A stretch of 64,000 nucleotides of DNA from a virus: IMG/VR virus record IMGVR_UViG_3300031566_000014, positions 1 to 64,000 of that record. One strand, given 5' to 3'. Shown piece after piece: positions 25,218 through 32,042 of this stretch. The position numbers and the translations under genes are program-made. Position 1 is the first letter of the stretch, and every line of letters begins with the position of its first letter. Under the pieces are notes generated by a model. That model was not told where the DNA came from, searched no databases, and was given only the letters and a program-made list of their open reading frames with translations.

Positions 25218-26276
25218 GTGTGTGACGGCCCGATTCGTTGCGAGTGCTGGAAGGATGGCTTCGCCCGTGGGCGCAGTGACTACAAGGCCATTCGCGCCCG
25301 TGCCGAGAAGGTCGAGGCTGGATGGGAGCGCGCCGAGTCTGCGGTATCCGCCGAGATGGAGCGTGCCGAGAAGGCCGAGGCGAAGTTCACCGAGATGATG
25401 GATTCAGAGCACGCGCTGTCGGACGCCTACGTTCGGCTTCGTGTCATTCTAGGGGCGATGAATCCGCCGCGCACGACGCGGGATGGCGCCCTGTTTGAGT
25501 ACGTCGAGAACATCGCCGCAGATCGGATGATAGCGCTGGGAAAGGCCGAGGCGCGCGTCCGCGAAGTTGAGGCCGGCGCTCTGCCGAAGGACTGGGAGGC
25601 ACATGTCCGCGCGCTGCGCCGCGAGAATGCCGAGCGGGGGAGGCGCATCCGCGAACTTGAGAAAGAGTTCGCCGCGGCGCAAGACCTCAACCGGCGGCTT
25701 GAGGCGGAGCTTCGGCAGTTCCCCTGGCGTGCGACGGGGGACCGGCTGCGGGTGGCTCAGGCGCGGTGCAAGCGGATGGAGGAGGCGATGAGCCGCAATC
25801 CTCCCCCTGACAGTGGGCTTCCGCAGGCTTTGGCAGTCCATGCCGAGTGGGGTTGGAATGAAGCCTACGCCCACATCCGCCGCAAGGCGGGCCTCGACGC
25901 CCCCGACAGCCACATAGACGCGCAGTTGGCCGACCTGTTCAAGCAGGCGGATCGTCACTGCCGCGACTGCCGCAACCACGTGCAGGGGTTGCCGAACCCT
26001 CAGTGCGACCAGTGCTCGTTCCCGGAGCGAACGCATTTCGCCGCGAAGGAGGCGGACCGCGGCCCCAAGGGCGAGCCGGGCAAGCCCGCCGCGATCTGGG
26101 TGTGCGGCTTCTGCCACCATGCAGTCAATGAACTGCCTGACGGTGAGCCTGCCGAGTGGTGTTCGCACGATGGGGAAGCGCGCCTGTGCCACTCATGCTG
26201 CGCCACTATTCAGGAGTCGCGCCTTCGCCGCCACGTCTGGGACGGGGAGAAGTTCGCCCCGGAGGAGAAGCCATGA
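25218..26276 (+). CDS. mosaic coiled-coil / Zn-finger hypothetical protein
   Basis: GTG start with GAGGAG RBS; RAEKAEA repeats; several CxxC. Confidence 0.7.
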   Translation: MCDGPIRCECWKDGFARGRSDYKAIRARAEKVEAGWERAESAVSAEMERAEKAEAKFTEMMDSEHALSDAYVRLRVILGAMNPPRTTRDGALFEYVENIAADRMIALGKAEARVREVEAGALPKDWEAHVRALRRENAERGRRIRELEKEFAAAQDLNRRLEAELRQFPWRATGDRLRVAQARCKRMEEAMSRNPPPDSGLPQALAVHAEWGWNEAYAHIRRKAGLDAPDSHIDAQLADLFKQADRHCRDCRNHVQGLPNPQCDQCSFPERTHFAAKEADRGPKGEPGKPAAIWVCGFCHHAVNELPDGEPAEWCSHDGEARLCHSCCATIQESRLRRHVWDGEKFAPEEKP

Positions 26277-26482
26277 CCTCACTGTGGCTCAGAGACGCTG
26301 CCGTCGTGCGCTTTGCCGGAGAGGGGTGGCTGAATAGGATCGGCTCGTTCTGGGATTATTCAGCCGCCCATTTCCTGTGCGAAGACGCCCTCGACTTCGC
26401 GTACGCATGTCTTGGATGGGAAGAAGCGGTTCGTCGATTTGGCATTGAGCACGAGGAGAAGCCCCCATGCCCGCCTCAGTGA
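26273..26482 (+). CDS. small protein, MTSLWLRD start
   Basis: GGAGGAG RBS, ATGA overlap. Confidence 0.6.
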   Translation: MTSLWLRDAAVVRFAGEGWLNRIGSFWDYSAAHFLCEDALDFAYACLGWEEAVRRFGIEHEEKPPCPPQ

Positions 26483-26733
26483 AACCGAGCGTCCGCGTAG
26501 GTGTTCTGGACTGCCTCTCGACCGGCGCTCTGCTATCGGAACTTCGCAACCGAGCGTCAGACGTGCCGAACACGCTTCTGGTGCAGAACGAAGCCGGCGA
26601 GCAAAGCGAAGCGATTGTGACGGACGCTCTGTGCGTTGGCGAAGGGCGCTTTCTCGTGTCCTTCGACGGCGACGTGTACCAGCGGCTCAACATGCTCGTG
26701 CTTGAAGCGGATAAGCCCAAGGAAAAGCCATGA
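26467..26733 (+). CDS. small protein, MPASV start
   Basis: GAGGAG RBS. Confidence 0.65.
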   Translation: MPASVKPSVRVGVLDCLSTGALLSELRNRASDVPNTLLVQNEAGEQSEAIVTDALCVGEGRFLVSFDGDVYQRLNMLVLEADKPKEKP

Positions 26734-26951
26734 CCTCGCTGTGGCTCAGAGACGAGTTCGCCAAGCCGTGGGGAGGCCCTAACGGCCCAGGAATCTGGTG
26801 CGGCAACTTCTGGGACGTGATCGTCGGCATTCACATGTGGGACATGACCACGCGCGAAGTCATTGATCCTGAGTTTGGCGTTGGCTATGAGACGACGGTG
26901 CCCATCGGTGTATGGGAAGAAAGCGGCCATGTGGCCGTGATGGAAGCATAG
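26730..26951 (+). CDS. small protein, MTSLWLRD start
   Basis: ATGA overlap, repeated start. Confidence 0.65.
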   Translation: MTSLWLRDEFAKPWGGPNGPGIWCGNFWDVIVGIHMWDMTTREVIDPEFGVGYETTVPIGVWEESGHVAVMEA

Positions 26952-26962
26952 GAGAAGCCCCC

Positions 26963-27178
26963 ATGCCCGCCTCAGTAATCACCATTCCTGTTGGCAACCC
27001 GTCGATGTGGCACAGGAACATGACAGTTCTCGTCGTTGGCTATGCCTCCGGCAGGATTCTGTCTGTGAACCATCATGAACGGACTATTCGGGTCCTGCTT
27101 GATGGTCGTCTTGAGACTTCGATACCGAAAGGCACGCTCATCCTGCCTAGAGGGAAGCCCCCATGCCCGCCTCAGTAG
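26963..27178 (+). CDS. small protein, MPASV start
   Basis: AGGAG RBS, repeated start. Confidence 0.6.
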   Translation: MPASVITIPVGNPSMWHRNMTVLVVGYASGRILSVNHHERTIRVLLDGRLETSIPKGTLILPRGKPPCPPQ

Positions 27179-27345
27179 TCCGCTGCCGGTACCCAGACGG
27201 GACGCTTCAGCAGATGCGCACCAGCACGTCGAGCGGGCCGCTGGCCATTCAGGCGTTTCGGCTCTGGGAGCGCGTCCAAGCGTTGAAGCAGAGAGCAGCG
27301 ATGCCGCATCAGGGAGCAGAGCGCAGGGAGGCCCCGAATGCCTGA
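27163..27345 (+). CDS. small protein, MPASV start
   Basis: Repeated start. Confidence 0.55.
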   Translation: MPASVVRCRYPDGTLQQMRTSTSSGPLAIQAFRLWERVQALKQRAAMPHQGAERREAPNA

Positions 27346-27577
27346 CCGCCTGTGCCCCGGCCCGAAGGGAGAACCGCACGCCGGCATTCCGCCGCCGCTG
27401 CTGCGACGCAAGAAGCTGTGCCCAGCCTGCCGGGCCAAGGCGCGGCGCGCCGTGAACCGCCGGACGCAGCGGGCGTTCCGAGCGAGGAAGAAGCGGCGGG
27501 CCATGGAGCTGCTGGACAGTCAAATCGCCTACCTGACTCCAGACGGGCCTGTGTTCAAGGAGAAAGCCGATGGCTAG
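27338..27577 (+). CDS. small basic Zn-binding protein
   Basis: C...H...CPAC; GGAGG RBS. Confidence 0.6.
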   Translation: MPDRLCPGPKGEPHAGIPPPLLRRKKLCPACRAKARRAVNRRTQRAFRARKKRRAMELLDSQIAYLTPDGPVFKEKADG

Positions 27578-27941
27578 GGTCAAGTTGCTTCGCTTCGTCA
27601 ATGAGGGCGGCCTGGACGTGTGGCTGCCCGGCACCGAGGGCCTGTGCGAGTGGAGGCGGGTCGTGCATGCGCGACGCTTCATTGTCCAAGACGGTCAACC
27701 TACAATTACGGTAGAAGAGGACATTCTAGGAACTCCGAAACTGTTCATCATCCGCGGCCTCGGCCCGCGCGAGGACGACGCCCTGTGCCTGCCCGTTGTA
27801 CGGCGCGAGGACGGCACGCTCGAAGCGGACACCTCGCAGGGTGCCGCTGGCCAGGTGAAGTCCTGCCGTGAGCTTCCTGCGGGCTACTGGACGTTCATCC
27901 GCCCGCTGCAAGAGGGCGACCCCGAGATTCCAGGAGCGTGA
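27570..27941 (+). CDS. hypothetical protein
   Basis: 123 aa, AAGGAG RBS. Confidence 0.7.
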   Translation: MARVKLLRFVNEGGLDVWLPGTEGLCEWRRVVHARRFIVQDGQPTITVEEDILGTPKLFIIRGLGPREDDALCLPVVRREDGTLEADTSQGAAGQVKSCRELPAGYWTFIRPLQEGDPEIPGA

Positions 27942-28120
27942 CAATGAACCCTGACTGCCTGACGCGATCCGAGAAGGACGCTTTGCGGCGCGGCGAACCG
28001 GTGCAGGTGGGCAATCACAGATACCTGCTCTGCCCCCAGTGCGGGAAGATCGTCTGCATGACGAAGCGCCTGTTCGGCGCGCTGCATGTGTGTACTGGTC
28101 GCAAGATTCCGGGGGCCTAG
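27938..28120 (+). CDS. small Zn-ribbon protein
   Basis: CPQCGKIV...LHVC. Confidence 0.65.
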   Translation: MTMNPDCLTRSEKDALRRGEPVQVGNHRYLLCPQCGKIVCMTKRLFGALHVCTGRKIPGA

Positions 28121-28148
28121 CATTCACGGGGAGGGAAAGGAGAAAGTG

Positions 28149-28367
28149 ATGATCTTTGAGATTGGTGACGTTGTAGTGCTCAAGAGCGGCGGCTCGCTGA
28201 TGACGGTAGCTGAACAAGAGCAAGTTGACGGCAGAGCCATCAAGTGTGTGTGGTTCGTCGGTAGCTACCTCCTGAGCAACACATTTCGCAACGAGTCGCT
28301 GAGAAAGGCGACTGACGCAGAGATGGCGCAGATAGTGGGTTGTGGCAAGGCCTCGCCAGAGTCTTGA
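28149..28367 (+). CDS. YodC/DUF2158-family small protein
   Basis: FEIGDVVVLKSGGSLMTV...CVWF signature. Confidence 0.8.
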   Translation: MIFEIGDVVVLKSGGSLMTVAEQEQVDGRAIKCVWFVGSYLLSNTFRNESLRKATDAEMAQIVGCGKASPES

Positions 28368-28478
28368 CAAGCCCGCGCCGGGTAGCTCAGCGGTAGAGCA
28401 AGAAGCCTCATAAGCTTACGCGCAGGTTCGATTCCTGCCCCGGCGGCCATCTGCCGCCCTCGCCAGAGTCTTGACAAG
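28351..28478 (+). repeat. 21-bp direct repeat flanking the tRNA
   Basis: CCTCGCCAGAGTCTTGACAAG at 28351-28371 and 28458-28478. Confidence 0.9.
28376..28449 (+). tRNA. tRNA with CAT anticodon (Met or Ile2), irregular anticodon stem
   Basis: CGCCGGG/CCCGGCG acceptor, TAGCTCAGCGGTAGAGC D arm, CT CAT AA loop, GCAGG-TTCGATT-CCTGC, G73, CCA. Confidence 0.85.
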
Positions 28479-28499
28479 GCCGCGCTGAGGCGGTAGAAT
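28471..28499 (+). promoter_or_regulatory. sigma70-type promoter
   Basis: TTGACA-17 bp-TAGAAT. Confidence 0.75.
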
Positions 28500-28660
28500 T
28501 AGTAGAGCAGCCCAGCTCTATCCATGCTGGCGCCCTCGCTTCGGCGGGGGCGTCGGCATGTCCGCCCCGCCTTGTCAGATTCCTCCGACATTTCGGCCCG
28601 CCGAGTCCGCTCCGCCGGACTCCGCGCGTGATGCAGATTGCAAATTGCAACAAATTTCTC

Positions 28661-28689
28661 TTGCAATATGCACGATGGCGGGCCATACT
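28661..28689 (+). promoter_or_regulatory. possible sigma70-type promoter
   Basis: TTGCAA-17 bp-CATACT after an AT-rich tract with further TTGCAA copies. Confidence 0.5.
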
Positions 28690-28737
28690 ATACCACTGGT
28701 GGTGGATACTACGCCCTGAGCGCCCAAGAGGGAAGCA

Positions 28738-29127
28738 ATGCCAGAGGCGAGCGTCTACGAGGCAATGCGGTGTCTCATCTGCACCCGCGAGCTTGACGGC
28801 CTCGAAAACCTGTCGCTCTACGGGCGGCGGAACATCACGGATCACTGGCTCCCTGGAATATGTGTGTTTTGTGCCCCACGGCTGCATAGGGCGTGGCGAA
28901 AGCCGAAAATGACACCACGGAGCGGGGGGCCGCGCGAGCCATTGAGCGGGCTTCTGCGGCGGTGCGGGTGCGGGGCGATCCTTCGCAAGTGGCGGAAGAA
29001 GTGCAACGTGTGCGCGGGCGTGGCACGCAAGGCGACGTATCGTGCCGCGAACGCCCGACGGAAGCGGGGTACAACAAAACCTTTCCGCCGCCGGCGGCAC
29101 GCGCGGAAAAGTCACGCAGCAGGGTAG
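28738..29127 (+). CDS. basic Zn-finger hypothetical protein
   Basis: CLIC...CVFC...CGC...CNVC; 3' end overlaps the tRNA. Confidence 0.45.
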   Translation: MPEASVYEAMRCLICTRELDGLENLSLYGRRNITDHWLPGICVFCAPRLHRAWRKPKMTPRSGGPREPLSGLLRRCGCGAILRKWRKKCNVCAGVARKATYRAANARRKRGTTKPFRRRRHARKSHAAG

Positions 29128-29193
29128 AGAAGCGGCCTCTCGCCGGCCCCATAAGTCGGAGATACGTGGGTTCGACTCCCACCCCTGCCACCA
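29118..29193 (+). tRNA. tRNA-Met(CAT), initiator-like (1:72 mismatch)
   Basis: AGCAGGG/CCCTGCC acceptor, GAGA/TCTC D stem, CCGGC-CC CAT AA-GTCGG, GTGGG-TTCGACT-CCCAC, ACCA end. Confidence 0.85.
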
Positions 29194-29260
29194 TCTACGG
29201 TGACGCCCTCGCATCCTGCGGGGGCGTTGGCATGTCAGGGGAGCGCGAAAGGAGCCAAAT

Positions 29261-29563
29261 GTGTCTGACGAACAGGTCGTGTCTGACGAGGAAAAGCTGG
29301 CCGGGTTGGTTGGTTTGACTCGTGACACACTGGAGGATGCCAGGACCATTGAGGAGTTTGGTGAGCGCTTGAGCAAGCATCTCATCCACAAGAGAGCCGA
29401 CGACGAAGTGAGGCCCAGGGTGCGCGGCCATTATCACAACGTCGAGAAGAACGTGAAGGCAATCCACTGTTGCATCAAGCGGGTGTTCTACCAGCTTGGT
29501 GAACTGCTGAATTGCGTCATCCCGGAGATGCAGGACGACCAAGAACCTGCTGCCAAGGGATGA
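29261..29563 (+). CDS. hypothetical protein
   Basis: AAAGGAG RBS within a repeated leader. Confidence 0.65.
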   Translation: MSDEQVVSDEEKLAGLVGLTRDTLEDARTIEEFGERLSKHLIHKRADDEVRPRVRGHYHNVEKNVKAIHCCIKRVFYQLGELLNCVIPEMQDDQEPAAKG

Positions 29564-29679
29564 GTCCCCGATTGCCTGTGTTGGATTAGCTGACCGCCCA
29601 CGTGGCGGAACAGTACAGGCGCCCTCGGCTAGACAGCCGGGGGCGTCGGCATGTCAGGGGAGCGCGAAAGGAGAAGTCG

Positions 29680-29811
29680 GTGCCTAAGAAGCTGCACGAC
29701 AAGCTAGCGCGCGAGGCCCGCCAGAAGGGCTACACCGGTGAGCGCGCGGACCGCTACATCTACGGCACGATGGAGAACATTGCGAAGGCCAAGAAGCGGA
29801 AGGGCAAGTAG
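29680..29811 (+). CDS. small basic phage protein
   Basis: PKKLHDKLAREARQKGYTGERADRYIYGT; AAAGGAG RBS, GTG start. Confidence 0.7.
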   Translation: MPKKLHDKLAREARQKGYTGERADRYIYGTMENIAKAKKRKGK

Positions 29812-29812
29812 C

Positions 29813-30361
29813 ATGGCCCGTCTCAGCCTCCCAGAGCAAGCCTTCCTTCGCAAGCTGGCGCGGATCGACCCGCGCGATCACAAGGCCGTCTACGCTGCCT
29901 ACCGCGAGGCGTTCAAGCTGCCGGAGGACACGCCGGCGGACAAACTGGCTCCGAGCGTCAGGAAGATTCGCGGCAAGTTCGAGGCGTTGGACTTCCTTGA
30001 GAACGAGCGGGCGCGTGCGGAGGAAGGGCAGGCGGCGGCGGCGGCGCGTCAGGACGTGGCTATGTTCGACCGCGACAGAGCGTTGGCGGAGATGGAGCAG
30101 GTGACAATCAATGCCGTCACGGAGAAGTTGCGCGATCCGGAGACGGGAGCGCGCGGCGTTTCGGACCTCGGCGGAACGGCGGTGAAGTTGCTCGCGCGCA
30201 CGAAGCAGGGCAAGTTCGACGCGGCGGTCATCCGCCAGAAGTCGGCGCTCCTTCGCCAGTTGACGGATGCGAAGAAGCAGCGCGACGAGGACGCCGCGCA
30301 TGGCGAGAAGCCGGAAGACCCCCCCATCATCGCACCTGGGCAAGACTATGGCACAGCCTGA
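29813..30361 (+). CDS. putative terminase small subunit
   Basis: Helical 182 aa protein directly upstream of and overlapping TerL; positional call. Confidence 0.55.
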   Translation: MARLSLPEQAFLRKLARIDPRDHKAVYAAYREAFKLPEDTPADKLAPSVRKIRGKFEALDFLENERARAEEGQAAAAARQDVAMFDRDRALAEMEQVTINAVTEKLRDPETGARGVSDLGGTAVKLLARTKQGKFDAAVIRQKSALLRQLTDAKKQRDEDAAHGEKPEDPPIIAPGQDYGTA

Positions 30362-32042
30362 AGCTGACGTGCTGGATGCAGAGCTTGAGGGTGACGACCT
30401 CGACGCGCGGATCGCGCGCCTCACACGCGAGCTTCTACTGGACAATCCAGCGGCGGCGCTCAGCGGCTTCGAGCCGTGGAAGTCCCAGCGGCCGTTCTTC
30501 TACGACGACCACATGGTCTGCTACGTGACGGGCGGGAACAAGTCGGGGAAGGACTACATCCTGTGCACGCGGCTGGCGATTGCGGTGACGCGGATCGAAC
30601 CGCTGTCACTGCCCGGTTCGCTGCGGTTCGTTCCTGAAGCGCCCATCTTCTGCCGCTACTATGTGCCCGTGGCGCAGACGTGGGAAAAGAGCATCCTGCC
30701 GATGCTCTTGGAGATGATCCCCGTCGAGTTCCGCAACAGTTCCCGCAGTTCCGATGGCAGCGGCTACAACCAGAAGGACTGCACGGTGCATCTGGTGGAC
30801 GGGGGCTGGATACAGGGCTGCACCTATACGGCGCACAAGCAGGACGAGTCCCGGTCGCAGGCGGTGCGGTTGAATCTGGCGTGTCTGAGCGAAGTTCCGC
30901 CGCAGGACTTGCACGATCAGTTGACGGGTGCCCGCACGATACTTGAGCCTGGTGCGAAGGTATGGGGCGCCATGACGATGGACAAGCGGCTGTCGAAGTA
31001 TCCGATGGGCTGGGTTCGGAAGCGGATCATCATGGGCGGCGACGGCCCGATGGTGACGCGGATGAAGATCAGCACGGTGGAGAACGTGTACGGCATGGCC
31101 GCCTTGTATGAGAAGGCAGGCCAGCCAGAGAAGGCGAAGGCCCTTATCGCAGGTCTTGAGGCGCGGCGCAGGATGCTTCCGCCGCAGGACTACGCGGCGC
31201 AGGTTCTAGGCGAGTGGGCGGGCATGGAGGGCATCGTCTACAACCGATTCGACGAGCACGACAACGCCTATCTGGACGGCGAGGACGTGGACCCGCAGGT
31301 GTGGCGGACGCTGGCCGACAAGGGCTACGGCATCATCGAAGCCGGCTGGGACTACGGGAAGGCGGCACCGACGAGCATCCAGTACTACTTCCTGTGCCGC
31401 GAGGGTGTCGAGGACTTGCAGCTTGTCGAGGGCGACGTGATTCAGTTCGCGGAGTACTACCGGGCGGGCGCGCGGGTGCCCGAGCATTTGCTCAGGGTCA
31501 TCGAGCTTCACAAGCAACTGCGGCCTTCGGCGTACTTCTTCGACCCGCACATGGACGACAGCCAGGACGACGCGCCGAGCGTCATCAAGCAGTACGTCGA
31601 GGCCATGTCGAAGGCGTGCGGCCCGATCAATGTGCATCCTGGCAACAACTCGCCGGGGTCTGTGGACGCTGGCGTCGAGTTCGTGGCCCGGCTTCTGACA
31701 AAGCGTGAGGAGCCGTTTCCGTGGCCGCAACTGCGGGTGGTGGTTCCGCGCTGCCCGAATGCCTGGGAGTCGTACATCTGCTGGGCGCTGGTGAAAGGCG
31801 CGGAGAACATGTCGTCTGGCGAGAAGTACGAGGAGGAGTACAAGCACGCCAACGACTGCACGCGGTACTTCCTGTCGCATCACGGCGAGTTGCGTCCGCC
31901 GGAGCCGGCGTGGGAGCAGCCGCGCCAGCCGCTCGTGTGGCTGATTGACGGCGAGCGGCGGCGGCCGCGCGCCGCGACTCCGAACGGCAGGCTTGCGGCG
32001 CAGATGAATTCCATGGTCGAAGCATACAGGGCGCTGGCATGA
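30348..32042 (+). CDS. terL: terminase large subunit
   Basis: Walker A GGNKSGKD, GEW...GIVY.RF linker, RNase H-like GWDYG and HANDCTRY; upstream of portal. Confidence 0.92.
   Translation: MAQPEADVLDAELEGDDLDARIARLTRELLLDNPAAALSGFEPWKSQRPFFYDDHMVCYVTGGNKSGKDYILCTRLAIAVTRIEPLSLPGSLRFVPEAPIFCRYYVPVAQTWEKSILPMLLEMIPVEFRNSSRSSDGSGYNQKDCTVHLVDGGWIQGCTYTAHKQDESRSQAVRLNLACLSEVPPQDLHDQLTGARTILEPGAKVWGAMTMDKRLSKYPMGWVRKRIIMGGDGPMVTRMKISTVENVYGMAALYEKAGQPEKAKALIAGLEARRRMLPPQDYAAQVLGEWAGMEGIVYNRFDEHDNAYLDGEDVDPQVWRTLADKGYGIIEAGWDYGKAAPTSIQYYFLCREGVEDLQLVEGDVIQFAEYYRAGARVPEHLLRVIELHKQLRPSAYFFDPHMDDSQDDAPSVIKQYVEAMSKACGPINVHPGNNSPGSVDAGVEFVARLLTKREEPFPWPQLRVVVPRCPNAWESYICWALVKGAENMSSGEKYEEEYKHANDCTRYFLSHHGELRPPEPAWEQPRQPLVWLIDGERRRPRAATPNGRLAAQMNSMVEAYRALA

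Larger units (their letters stand above)
26268..27177 (+). repeat. interleaved gene-junction direct repeats (2 x R1, 3 x R2)
   Basis: R1 AAGCCATGACCTCRCTGTGGCTCAGAGACG at 26268 and 26725; R2 GAAGCCCCCATGCCCGCCTCAGT around the ATGs at 26467, 26963, 27163. Confidence 0.9.

Noticed and set aside
26268-27177. CRISPR array
   Set aside because: Repeats are of two types, spaced about 200-500 bp apart, encode RBS/start codons, and no cas genes are present.
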